Shown: positions 40,211 through 53,283, numbered from the whole stretch's first letter. The stretch: 63,723 nucleotides of DNA, filler included, from Xylographa opegraphella (GCA_022813865.1; 5 parts of 5 records of this genome joined end to end with filler, not necessarily neighbours in it), one strand, 5' to 3'. Notes: a model not told the origin generated them from the letters alone. Numbers and translations are program-made.

Positions 40211-40310
40211 NNNNNNNNNNNNNNNNNNNNNNNNNNNNNNNNNNNNNNNNNNNNTTAATTAATTAANNNNNNNNNNNNNNNNNNNNNNNNNNNNNNNNNN
40301 NNNNNNNNNN
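40211..40310. other. Artificial scaffold linker
   Basis: N44-TTAATTAATTAA-N44. Confidence 0.97.
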
Positions 40311-40787
40311 AATTAAAATAATTAAAATAATTAAAATAATTAAAATAATTAAAATAATTAAAATAATTAAAATATCTTTTTGTGAAAGCGATAAATTAAT
40401 TAATAAATAAATATAAATAAATAAAACAGCGTAATCGCAATAATAAATATACGTTTATAAATCGAAAGAGTATTTTTTAAAGAGTTTTATTTATATAATT
40501 ATCAAATAAATTCCTTAATAAATCGATTAAAATTGATGTTACAAAAGTGTATAAATACTATTTCTTATTTATTTAATTTTTAATTTATATAAAACTCGAA
40601 ACGAGGTTTTAAAACCCGGAATTTAAATAAAAACCCCGTTTTTCCTCGATTACGTTAAATCATTATTAAAATAAATAATTTTTATATTTTAAACCTTTAT
40701 AACCTTTTGAAATCAATTATTTTAAATGTTTTACGTTTATTATACGAGAACCGCGGGCTAAAGTAACGCAATTTTAATATTAAATAT

Positions 40788-41044
40788 TGTAAAGGAATTC
40801 GTAGGAAGTCCGCAGCAGCCTAGTTGAGTAGGCAAAGGGGTAGGCAAAAGGATTGGATCGGGGTCGCAGCTAGGTCAAGTCTTTTCTGAATAAGGTCACT
40901 TTCCGTCCGACAGAGAGTGAAAAGAAGAAAAAAANNNNNNNAACTGCCGTTGTGGCTCTGCTGCTCTATCGCTATATGCAGATGCGTGAGGAAGGAAGCT
41001 CCAAATCAAAAAGCGCCCAAAAGACCCGCCCCGAATCCACCACA
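40788..41044 (-). mobile_element. Solo LTR family H (about 257 bp), unmutated
   Basis: TGT...ACA with 4-bp TSD ATAT; reverse complement aligns to the mutated copy at 46024-46278. Confidence 0.82.
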
Positions 41045-42064
41045 ATATTACGTAAAATTTCATATTAAAATGAAAATCTCATTGTTTAATTAAATTTTGA
41101 AAGTAATAAAAACTAGCGATTTAATAAACACGAGTAAAAATATTAAAAATAACATTATTCAATAAAATACTGTTTATATTATTTAAAAATAATGTAAATA
41201 TTAATCTGCTTTAAAATTAACGTAATTATATATAAAAAAATTTCTAAGCAATTTTCTTACCCATGTTAATAGACGATTCAATAAAATATTAATTTTATTA
41301 TCTTAATTTCATTCATTCATTTCAATTAATGCTTTATTATAAAAACTCGAAAGCTTTTATATAAAAAAATTAAATTAGCTAAGTAATTATTGAACGAAGC
41401 GTATAAATAAACGGTTTATATTATATGTAACATTTATTTAAACGAGTATTTTATTATTTAATTATTTAAAATTTAAAAACATCATATTAAATATTAAATA
41501 ATGCGAAATATTTTTTGAAATAATATTATCTCGAATTTCATTATAAATATTTTACCTGTTTTAAACGCGGTTAAGATTTTATAATTATTATATAAATTCA
41601 ATTCGAGCTTAAAATTAATTATAAACGCAAATGAACGTTATTTATTAAAATAACTATTTCGAGTCGTCAAAGAATTGTTAATATTAATAATAAATATATT
41701 AAAATGAATTAACAATTTTATTACAAGAAATAAATAAATACTTTTCTATTGAAATTTAATTATAAAATAATTTAAATTCATAAAAATGATAAGGTTGATC
41801 TTTTACATTAAAAGTTAAAGAGTGAATTTTGAACGTTTTAATTTTTATTTTATAATATTATATTTTCTGTGAAATTGTTTATAATATAAAATTAATATTT
41901 TTAATATAATAATATTTGCTTTTTATGAATATTGAAAAATGTAGTAACGTACTCAATTTATCGTCGATGTAATGAGTTGCAAACGAGCGTGTTTGCTCAT
42001 TTTGCACTTAGTTTTGAATGCGTTTGCAATCATGATTTCAAACATTGTTGATGGTTGGTTGAAA

Positions 42065-43208
42065 ATGAACTCAAGGCGTATATGCTCAGTTATACAAAGC
42101 TCCGCCACTTGCGTCACGTTGAGAGTTAATCAATGCAGAACAAATGTTTCTCAGCATATCGTGAGAGCTCAGCAACGACGTCTTGCTCACAATCCCGCAG
42201 ATAGCCCCGACTTTCTATCGATTGTGGACCATCCACCAACTTTGGTCAAGAGTGGAAGGCGCCATGGATATGGCCTTATTGTATTAGGTTCAAGGTCGTC
42301 CCGTTTGATTCATTGGTGCCATTCGACTGATCAATCTCAAGCTATTATACCCACAACAGCTTTTGCCCTTGGTACATGGCAAGTATTCAGGCTCGGATGG
42401 AAGACCGAATTGATAGCAAGGTTTGAAGACCGATTAATCCGAGAGCCATTACCTCTGCCCCTCCATATCGATCCCGCGGCAGTTAAAGACTTCGACTACA
42501 GACGCGTATACGCTTCTGGGCATTTACGGCATGATCAAGAAATGCTTATTGGGCCTCGGATGCACGATGGGAACAATGGGTACCTGGTTGTTACGCCACT
42601 CGAGCGAGAAGGTTCTGGGACTACTGTACTTGTCAACCGAGGTTGGATACCGAAGAAGCTTCGAAGGCAGGTGGATCGTGAGGAGGGCTTACCAACCGGC
42701 CAAGTTGTTATCGAAGGGCTGCTGCGTGAGCCGTGGAAAAAGAACATGTTCACCCCAGACAACAAGCCAGAACACGGAGAATATTACTTTCCTGACGTCC
42801 AACAGATGGCTATGATTACAAGTAGCCAGCCGGTCTGGATAGAGGAGACCATGGGTAATGGACTCATACCAATATCATGGCCAAATGACGACTAACCTGT
42901 GATGCAGAGCCAAACTTGCTCAAGGCGTATGATCGAGAGGTTAGAGGAATTCCAATCGGCCGTGCAGCCGAAGTGAATCTGCGTAACAACCACACCCAGT
43001 ACATCTTCACATGGTATGTCCCTGAAATTGAAAGTTCTTCATTATGTCAGCATTTATCAAAGGAACACATCCATCGCTAGGGCGTTATACTGACCAATGT
43101 TTATGCAGGTACGCACTATCAGCTGCCACCACAATCATGCTGTGGATGGTGGTTCGAAAATCCCCGTCAAACATGGCCCGCAAAGTCAGGCAAAACAAGG
43201 AATGGTGA
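42065..43208 (+). CDS. SHY1: SURF1/Shy1 cytochrome c oxidase assembly protein; 3 introns
   Basis: AFALGTWQVFRLGWK, FDYRRV, EMLIGPR, VLVNRGWI, NLRNNHTQYIFTWYALS. Confidence 0.93.
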
Positions 43209-43246
43209 CGGAAACTATTGTTTTGGCACCCGTATTTCTTGTCTAT

Positions 43247-44786
43247 TTAAATTCCAGTGGCATGTTTCTGTCTTGAGTGAATGTTTCCGTACGGTGCCAT
43301 TCGGATGTCCTGGAGCGGTTCACTCGGAAGACACCATTGTGCCAAGAATAAGGGTGTGGTTTGAGCTGTCAGAAATCGCTGTCTGTTGTCATGTTAGTAT
43401 TGACCACATATGCCCATAACAACTCCAACAGGACGTGCCTCTTCATTAAAACTACGACATCTGTCTCATCAACAGTTCTTTTGTTTGCATGTTCCGCGTA
43501 AGCACCTAGATCAGCGCCAACTTGCTCAGAAAACCAATGAGTGCCCTCCTTTATTGCTGCAAGAGTGTCCTTCATTTTAGTGTTTTGCGTAGTAACGGGT
43601 GGGGCGAGCGAAGTGGAAAGCATGTTGACGACAGATTCCGGAACACATGGGTATATTATCCCATGACGTGACAGCTTCCTGAGCCTAGCCTTCCTGTTCC
43701 GAGCGAATGCGGGCTTCTTGTTTGGGGATAACAGCAAGTCTCGATCCATCTTAGGATTGGAATTCTCACCGGTCCTGGTTGAAAAGTTCCAATTGGATGT
43801 GGACATATGGCCACTATTATGTAATTTCACGGGAAGATTGAAAGCAAATTCGGTTTCAGCGTCTTCGCGGAGTATACTCGGAATTTCAACTCCATTTTGG
43901 AGGCCGAAATGGTCACTTGATATGTTACCAGTGATTCACATAAGATCCTCGGCGTTTGTGCTAAATATTGCTCACGACTTGAGGAAGGCATTCGGAAGGG
44001 TGAACATACCCCAGAACGATAGCCACTCCCAGGTCATCTACATCAAATCCATGCTCCACTCGGTTGATGATATCGTCACCAATGATATTTTGGTCATATG
44101 TTGCGTGGACATCAGATTCGCCTATATTGCTGATATAATCGTTGACAAGAATGCTCGGTAAAACTCCACTTGATCGCGTTGACAGAGGTTGTTCACCGAA
44201 TGCTCTCCTTGGCTTCGCTACAGATCTCTCGATATCCGGATATTCTTCCAAAGGGAAGGAAGACGTGCCCGTGGAGCTCGAAAGCAACTTTCATCTTCCT
44301 CTTCAAATTCATGAATTGGCATTGAGAGTCTGGGTCTAGGCTTGTCATCTCCGTCTACTGAGAAGGCTCGCTCAATAAGCGCCACAGCATGTCTTGAAAT
44401 TTGCGCCCCCTTTGAAGTCGTTACGATTGGCTCGGTGGATTTGGACAAAACTGTATATCAGAGCTGTTAGGTACTCGTTGGTTCACTATTGGGAAGACCA
44501 TACCAAACATACTCTTACTCAGATGCCGTAAAGTATCCCGAGGTGACTCGCGGTATTGGTAGCCACTACTTCGGCGAATTTGTGAAAGCGCCTGTGTCGC
44601 TGTACGACGGTGCTGTAATGCTCGGACAGTGTAAGGTGTGATCGGAGGAGCTCTAAGGGCTGGTGTTGAATAGGGAAGTCTGTCGAGTCTGGATGCTGGC
44701 AGTTGGCTGTCTGGTGTCGTGTCAACCACTTCGCGCGCTGGGAAGGCTTGAACGGGAGCCTAAGACCTTCGCGAGGTCAACGACAT
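43247..44786 (-). pseudogene. CENP-T (Cnp20/Cnn1-like) histone-fold kinetochore gene with two in-frame stops and a frameshift
   Basis: C-terminal SRHGIIYPCVP...WFSEQVGADLGAYAEHANKRTVDETDVVVLMKRQR is a CENP-T-type histone fold; N-terminal TPYTVRALQ...ESPRDTLRHLSK and PRPRLSMPI motifs; TAG at 44760-44762, frame change near 44258, TGA at 43936-43938. Confidence 0.75.
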
Positions 44787-44859
44787 TTGTGTGATTACTG
44801 AGTAATTCTGCCTGCGATCAACGGTTTTGTAAACTCAGACTATATGAGAAAGCTTGTTA

Positions 44860-45085
44860 CAATGTATTTTAATTATGTAATAATATGTTATAATGCAGAT
44901 GACTAATCAGTGTAATACAAATGCATAAAGAACGTGATATTATTGAAAAGGCTACGTAAATAACGCTGAATCATTAAACTATTTTAAAATTACATAAAAT
45001 TACGTAAAACTACGTATATAGTATTTAACTGAATATAATATTTGATTGAAATAATATTTAATCGATCGATTTAAATATTCGATTA
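44860..45085 (+). repeat. Island-border repeat, copy 3
   Basis: CAATGTATTTTAATTATGTAATAATATGTTATAATGCAGATGACTAATCAGTG, the least mutated copy. Confidence 0.75.
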
Positions 45086-45372
45086 TTTGTCATGAGCAAT
45101 GTGAGTTTTTTGTGTAAATAAAGAAAATGATAAATATTTATGGAAACGAGCTTTATTTTTTACACGAACTTTTATTCTTTATACTTTTTTTGCTCAAATT
45201 ATAAATTATAAATATTATTTAAATTATTAATTTTTTGTATTTGTTTAAAAATATATTAATTAAATTCATTTATTTTAATATTTTTTTCAGGTTTTAATTT
45301 ATTATAATCGTTTAATATTAATATTGATTTCGATTATTATCGTAATTTTTTAATATAGAAATATTCCCCGGT

Positions 45373-45725
45373 TGTTAAGGTTCTCACCTTCACAGGGTAG
45401 GGCTAAGACACTAGGGGACTAGCGCCCGGTCTAGAGACGGCCCGACCCCATGCCCCTTTCGCCCCTTGCGCCCCTCAGGGGGCATCGGGGGCACCAGGGG
45501 GCGCCTCAGGAACAGGACTTCTATATAGAGCGGAGGATNNNNNNNNNNNNNNNNNNNNNNNNNNNNNNNNNNNNNNNNNNNNNNNNNNNNNNNNNNNNNN
45601 NNNNNNNNNNNNNNNNNNNNNNNNNNNNNNNNNNNNNNNNTGCATCGTGACTTCCTATCTACTCATTGACGAATCCAACCCAGATCCCTAATCGAACTAT
45701 ACTACTGAGAGGCAGGATCGTAACA
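45373..45725 (+). mobile_element. Solo LTR family D, unmutated (about 350 bp including gap)
   Basis: TGTTAAGGTTCT...GGATCGTAACA; TSD CCGGT on both sides. Confidence 0.88.
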
Positions 45726-46023
45726 CCGGTTTTCGAGTTAAATTATTTGATTTTATACTTTATTTTTAAATTTATACGAGATTTTAAAAAATAAATTTCG
45801 AAAGAAAATTTTGCCTAATTCGCTTGGCGTCGATTTAACAATTTAACAATTATAAAAAGAATTTACATTTTTATAATTTATTATTATTTGAATCGAGTTT
45901 TTATCGAAATTTTAACTAATTTTGAATATTATTTCTCGAAAACGCGTATAATCGCTAATAATTTTTTATCGTAAATATTATAATTAAATTTTTATAAACT
46001 TATTTTCTTTAATAAAAAACTAT

Positions 46024-49000
46024 TGTGATGAATTCGAGGCGGGTCTTTTGAGCGCTCTTTGATTTCGAGTTTCCTTCCTCATGTATTTACACATAGCGAT
46101 AAAATAGCAAAGCCACAACGGCAACTAATTCGTTTTTTCTTCTTTTCATTTTCTATCGAACGAATAATGATTTTATTTAAAAAAGACTTGATTTAGCTGC
46201 GACCTCGATTCAATTTTTTAATTTATTATTTTATTTATTTAACTAAATTGCTGCGAACTTTCTACGAATTCATTTACAGTTGACGATCACGATGCGATTC
46301 GATTATATATTATTAAAATAATAAAGAAAAAAAGATTAAAGGCCGACAATTAACCCTGAAAAAAAATTTACAATAAAGAATAAAACGTTATATTGACTAT
46401 TCGCGGAAAAATCTCAAAAATAGTATCAAAAATTAAAAAAATTAGGAACAAGGCGTAAAAATCGCGCGATAACGATAAAAGCAAGGAAAGACTTGATAAA
46501 AAATAAACATAAAGAGAACAAAAAGAACGAGGAAAAGGCGATAAAAAAACAGGGTTTTCAAAAGAATAAATTTTTTAAAATCAACTCGATTATCGCAGCC
46601 AGCTATCAATTCAGCAGCAATTTCTATTAATTATTCTTTTTAATTTTCTTTAATATTTACAGAAATTAATAGAATCGTATTAATTAAATGTATCATTTTT
46701 ATTTTTCTTGTTTATTAACTTTAAAAAACATCGTTCGTTTATTTCGTTAATAATATCTCTGTCTACTGCTATACTACAAATTAATATGTCAAAAAGTATC
46801 GTTTAAAATATATGGTCGACGCAAATCGAAGTAAAATTGATATATTTTTTGAAATTCCCTTGCTCTTGCCCGAAACGCCAGATACGTTTTTATTTATAAA
46901 TTCGAATATTTTTTAAATTTTATATTTAAATTATAATCTATTGGTCGAGGAGTAAATACGTTGACTGCCATTTTATTATACAAAATTAGTTAACAATAAT
47001 ATTAAACCGCTTTAAAAATACGTAAATCGAGACTAAAAATCGTTCAAAAATAAAAATTTAAGCGAGTATTTTAATCAAAACAGGGGCTAAAAAATATACT
47101 TACGACTTTTTTCAAAAAAAAATATAAAAATAAAGCGAAAGTCAATAAGGTTTCGTTAAAGCAATATTGCCGTTAATTTCGCTCGATGGCGATGATTTTA
47201 ACAAAAAAAAGTTTGCAAAGTACGAGGAATATTTATGATTTTTACAAAAACTTAACGAAAATAAACGCGCGAAAGTGACTAGGTATTTAAAGTTTAAATT
47301 AAGAAATTCGAGCTTGTTTCGCATAATTAACGTTATTAAGAAAGCGAGTTTCATAAATAAAAAAAGAAGGGGTTTAAATTACTGCGAAAAAATACCAAAA
47401 ACGAGGAAAATCTGAATTAATAAATCAAAATCAAAATAGCGAATTAGCTGAAATCGTTCAAAGAATCGACTTTAAAGATTTAAAAATCCCTTATCGTTTC
47501 GATTATTTCGATAGTGGCTAAAAATCCATTAATTCGAGAGATTAACGATTTGACCAAGTTCTGTTAAGAATTTAATACTTTTAATTTAAATTAACGCCTA
47601 AAACAAAATATGCAAACGACTAGCAGATTAATTATTTAAAATTAATCGACTCAATCATATTTTAATAATAATTATTAGCGAGAATTCCTGTACGTTTATA
47701 ATAATTAATAAAATTACGAGCCGGAAGAATAAGTAAATATTGCTGCGCCCGAAAAAATACGTAAAACGTATAATTTCTATTTGAAATCGAGATATTTCGA
47801 GCGCGATTATTTATATTTATAGAAATTGATTAACTACGAAACGATAAATATAAACGAAATAAAAAGAATCGCTTACGAAAGAGAAAGGGAGAATAAAACA
47901 AAGTTACTCTTGAAGAATTCGACACGAAAATGAAATTAAACTAATTGTTTGCTAAAAAATAAATATAAACGAAAACAGTAATTAAGGAACAAAATACAAG
48001 TTAATTACTTTTATTTAGCGTTAAACTTTAATACGAACGAAAAAAAGAAAACGGTCATTTTAAATATTTAATATTATTTGCTGAACAGGAAATAAAAATT
48101 AATACGGTTTAAGCAGAACATTCGAATTATAAAACAAATCGACCTTTAAAAATAAAAGTATTAAACAAGAATGCCCGAATAATTAAAAATAAAATTAAAA
48201 AGGAAAAAAGGGTAAAAGCTTCGAAAACCATTCGCACGGAAAATTATATAAACTTTTACCTTTTCAAAGTATTCAATCGATTTAACGAACCACAAAACGT
48301 TAAAATAAAAAATAATCAAGAGGTCGTCCAGAATATGCGGCGAAATACGGAGGAAAAGAGGGTAAAAATAATAAATAAGGAGAAAGATATAGCGGCAGTC
48401 GATATTAAAAAAATATTAAATTAATTAATATCTTAAAACAAGTAGTTATAAATGATTCGAGTTCGATATTACAAAAAATATTTAAAGTCATCGTTTTTAA
48501 CGTTATAGTAAATAATATATTTTCTTTGGGTATTTTAACTTACAAAATAATATTTAAACCGATTAAACCTTCGATAATAAAGAAAATATACGTAAAAAAG
48601 CGTTTTATTAGGTATAAAACACGCGTATGGCATTATTATCGAATATTCTTTTTTTATTATTAAGCCCTCGAATTCAAATCAGTTTAAATTAAAGTTCAGA
48701 AATCTCGACCTTATTAAATATCGAAATTAAAGTTAATTTAATAAAAAAAAGTTGCTCGAAAACTGAATTTGTTTTATAATATCGATAAACGCCTAAGTTG
48801 ATAAATATTAACAATAACGAAACGATGTTAAAGGGAATTTATTAAAATATAAAAATAAGCCTTGATTTAATATTTATAGTTTAATTCCAATTAGTGGTCG
48901 AAAAAACGAATTAATTAATAAATTTAAAAATATCATACGTATTTATAATCAATATAAAAAGATCGATAAAAAGGGCTATATGTAAATAAAGATAACGAAT

Positions 49001-50754
49001 TCGAAATTCAACAAAATCGTTAAATTTCTTTAATACTTAAGTAAAAAAAGATTTACGCATCAAGAAGTTATTTTATTTATACCTTAATACGCAATTCGAA
49101 TCTTTAAACAATTAATAAACTTAAAAACCGGCGAAGAAGTTTATAAATATAAATTAAATAAGCCAGATAAATATCGTTAAAAAATAACAACTCGTATTTT
49201 AATTTACTATTCGTTCGAACGAAAAGTAAAAAATCGGCTATCGTATATAATTTAATGTATTAATTGAAACCTTTAAATTCGTCGCAGGTTAAAGCTACTC
49301 GTTTATTTCAATATTAAAATATAAAATTCGATTTGCAGTATAAATACAGCCTTTAAGCTATTTATAAATAAAAAATCGACAAAATGCAGCCCATGACTAA
49401 GCCAAATTTTAAAAAAGAGAATTTATTTTAATCTGCTAATTAAAAGAGGAAAATACTGGCGAAGCGAAATTTTATGTTTTATTAATTTAATTTATAGTCG
49501 TTCGAATAATTTATAGTCGTTCGAATAATTTATAATCGTTCGAATATTTTATAGTCGTTCGAATAATTTATAGTCGTTCGAATAATTTATAATCGTTCGA
49601 ATATTTTATTTTTATCGTGTAATAATTTATTGATAAAAAGCGTCAGATTGACCTCGAATCGTATAAGCAAGTTGAAAATAAATAAGCAGTTATTTGCCAT
49701 TGAAAAACACTTTCTGCAAAAAGTATTTTTCAACAGAGAAAGTGCTTTGGAATAAAACTTCTCGTATATTGAGAGAATTTACTTAAAAATAACGTCGTTT
49801 ATAAAAATAAAGACGATTAAGTACAAGGCTTGGTAAATTTCTGCATTCAAAATACCTCGTACCTTGAAATCAGAAATAATGCGCATGTTTAAGGAAAAAA
49901 TGTTAGTCGAAACAATCGAATATTGCGAAAAACTTTATAAAAATCATAGATTTTTAATAAAGAAATTCGAGCCCCGAAAATATTAATTTATTAACGCGGT
50001 TATATATATTAATAAAATAATTATTCAAGACGTAAATATACTATTTAATATAAAGTAATTTGCGTAAAAATTCGAGGACATATAAATCGTAAGTTTAATA
50101 AATATACAGTTCGAGTACGATCAGCTAAAATTTTATAAAAATAATAAAGATTTTATCCAGTTTTAAATTTCGTTAAACTTGTTACGAAATTATATAATAA
50201 TAATAAAAAACGAACTTAATCGCGCAGTTCTACTGAATTATAAATATTATTTTAAATAATTAATATTAAATTTATCAAGTATTTATAGATAATATAAATA
50301 TAAAAAGCCCAAAAAGTCGGTATAATAAAAAAATATTCCTTGGGGTACGACCATATGTTTTAAAATTTATATAAAACCTCGATCAAATAATATACAACGT
50401 AAAATTAGTTAAAAAATACATATTCGAGGCAAAGTAACAGTTTATGATCGAGTAGCTAAAAATAATAAAGTTTATTTATAAATCAGAAAGGAACCCGTTT
50501 AAAATAACGAAAATTTTAAAAATAGTAAAATAACTGCTTTACTATTCGATTTAAAAAGCGCGTATTTTTATAGAAATATATATATATTTCCGGTTGTAAA
50601 TAAAAGATTTCGCGGTGGTGGCAGCTTTTATTTATTAATTATTTAAAAAACGTTATATTCGAGTAAAAAACGATTAATAAACCGCTATAAATATTTTAAA
50701 GATAAATTTTTTTTATAATTTCAGCGATTCAAAATATAAATTATATTAAAGAAA
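46024..50754 (+). mobile_element. RIP-degraded Gypsy element of LTR family H (5' LTR 46024-46278, probable gag, protease, RT)
   Basis: Mutated H LTR followed by long decayed coding DNA; RT relic at about 49800-50310 (KAW*I..F.IP, KY.FINA, GYDQ-like, FIDNINIK). Continuity between LTR and RT is inferred. Confidence 0.65.
49490..49608. repeat. 19-bp minisatellite (TTTATAGTCGTTCGAATAA), about 6 copies
   Basis: Tandem array with a higher-order variant pattern. Confidence 0.9.
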
Positions 50755-52834
50755 TATTACGATCCTGCTTCTCACTAGTATAATTCGATTAAGGATCTGG
50801 GTTGAATTCGTTAATGAATAAATATAAAGGCACGATAACAGTTTAATCGTTCTTTAAGAATAACAGTCTTCATACAAGGGGTTTGTATTGAAGTTTACTA
50901 TTCTAAGATTATAACATGAGTTGAATACGCCTTTTACAGTAAGGAGATCCTTCGTTTTATATAGAAGTCCTGTTTTAAAATATTTTTTATGCCTTTCATG
51001 CCTCCGTGGACGAGGCTATAAAAACGACAGAGGCATCGGGTTATAGTTTCCCCGATCCCTGTTTTATACAGTATTAATCAGAACCTTATTACTAGCTCCC
51101 CCCGCCAGATTCTTGCTCCGAAAGAATTCCAGTTGCTTCTCTTTATTATGCTTAAATATAAATCTTTCAGTTTCTATCGTCGAAAGGTCCAATTCTTTAA
51201 TATTCTTGAAAAAAGGAAAATTCGCAATGCATCCCTGCGATCGCTGTGTTAAGGAGGGTGTTTTGTGCCAGATTTCTGCAGACTCTGATTTTTGCGCATA
51301 ATATGTTGAGGTGAAGGCTCGTTGTTCGTTAATCATTACTGATGCCGATAGAAAGGCATTGAAAGAAAAGAAACGTCGTTTTTGTAAGAAAATCGCCCAA
51401 CTCGAGGCCAGTATCAAGGCAACGAGGGTTAAGGCGGCTACACTAGTAGCTCGTAAGGTTGCGAAACTCGCAGCTAAAAAGAATCGGCTTCTGAACCTTA
51501 AGAACGAAGGTCGTGCGATGTTTCAGCGAGAAATATTTAATATCGAGGCCCTAAAAGAAGACGAAAGTCGAGAGGTTCTGTTTTTTATCAGCGGTCTTTT
51601 CGAGGTTTTTTCTTCTTCTTTTTTTCCTGGTTTTTTAAAGGTTTCTCTTTCTGAGATCCTTGTCCTGCTTGGTGAAATCGTTAAAGAAACTCCTGACAGT
51701 TCCCAAGGCTAGTAAATGGTTCCCAAGTATTGTCCGACTCTGGGTAATTTTTCTATTTAATTAAATAGCTCTGACCTTGTTTATCCAGGATTTTTTCCAC
51801 TTTAAATTCCTGTTCTTTTTCCTTTTTATATCGAAAGATTGTTTATACTAAAGTACTGGCGTCCGCAGGTTCCAATAAGAATATATAAAACACTGGGTGT
51901 ACTCTCGCATCTTTTGGCAGGTCGAGAAAATAATTAACTAATTCTCTGACTTGCTTGATTAAGAATAGTTCGACTTTGACGTAATCGAGCTTCTTGCTTC
52001 GATTCTTGCTGATTTTCAAATTCTTGTAAAAAGGTATATTTTATCCCCCTTCTTTAGTTAAGGTCCATTTTTGGCATTTTTATATCTTTTTGTAGCAATC
52101 TTGTCGTTGCTTTGCTCAATTTTCTTGAATAATGCCTTAGGCGTAATCTTTAAATCTTTGGTTAATATTATTGCTTTGTTTGCGTTAGGTCCCGACTTCT
52201 TTTTTCTGAACAATTAAAAATGATGTCCTGAATTTGCGAAGAAAGGCGATAGTCCTGTTATTGCAGATTGCTTGTCATTTAATACCAGTTGTCTCAAAGG
52301 CAATAATAATATTTAATTATTTTGTTTTGAATTTATAAAGTGTTGTAGATATATTTTCAAGTTCTGATGTATTCTTTTAGTTTGTCTATCTGTCTGTGAA
52401 TAATAAATTATTAATATTTTAGTTTAACTTCTAGTTCAAACATTAAAGTCTTTCAGAAATTGAATATAAATAATTTATTTTTATCGAAAGTAATTTCAGC
52501 TGGGAAACCATAGTCTTTTACAAGTTTATTTAATAAATGAAATGCCAACTGTTCTGCCGTAAACGTTTTTTAAAGGGAATCATAATTAAGTATTTCGTAA
52601 GTTTGTTTACAAGTATCATTATCGAGTTGTACTTTTGTCCTGTTATCGAATCCTCTGATTTTGGCAATTTTGTAATAAAATCGATTAAAATCTGTTCCCA
52701 TGGTTTGTTTGATACTTTTGAAAATTAAATATTTTTATACACTGCGTGTCTCGTTGATTTATTCTTTTGACACGGTATACACTTCTTGATATATTCTTTT
52801 ATATATTCTCTTATGTTTGGGAATTCATAGTTTT
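50755..52834 (-). mobile_element. 3' half of a chromoviral Ty3/Gypsy element (integrase, chromodomain, PPT, 3' LTR family D 50755-51091), moderately RIP-mutated
   Basis: Minus strand gives KEGDKIYL, LDLPKDARVHPVFYIFLLEPAD, chromodomain EFKVEKILDKQGQSYLIK*KNYPESDNTWEP; purine tract GGCGGGGGGAG next to the LTR. Confidence 0.88.
51113..51712 (+). pseudogene. Antisense accessory ORF of the chromovirus: Zn2Cys6-like cluster plus coiled coil, one RIP-type stop
   Basis: ORFs 51113-51301 and 51311-51712 share a frame: CDRC-x6-C-x8-CA*Y-x6-C followed by a Lys/Ala/Glu-rich helix. True start uncertain. Confidence 0.7.
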
Positions 52835-53018
52835 TGTGACGGCTATGACATCAGTCACAGGTAATAGGGGTCGGGCTGGATCAGGACTAGCACCTTTAGT
52901 ATATAGTCTCGCCCATGGAGNNNNNNNNNNNNNNNNNNNNNNNNNNNNNNNNNNNAAATCGTCCACCTAAAGCTTACGTTCTAGGCGTGCTTGTGTGGTG
53001 AGTTGATGAGCCGTAACA
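52835..53018 (+). mobile_element. Short LTR family B
   Basis: Flanks GTTTT/GTTAT match 4 of 5; N gap inside. Confidence 0.88.
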
Positions 53019-53283
53019 GTTATAAACGTAAAATAATCGTAGGTTAGCTAATTTAATATTAACGTACTTGTTGAAATTTAAAATTTAATTAACAATTAAG
53101 CCCGCAGATATAATTAAAAGTATAAAGTTTTTTATTAAATTAAAAGTTTTTAAATTCTTTTAAAAAATATATATCTATAATTAAAATATATTCAAAGTAT
53201 GAACATCGACGTTAAGCAATTATATTTCTTTTAATTAATAAAATATAATATAATATTTATTTTATTTTTTAAATGCTATATTA

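Noticed and set aside
49490..49608. Possible CRISPR-like array (also 53782-53923)
   Set aside because: Head-to-tail repeats with no unique spacers, in eukaryotic DNA.
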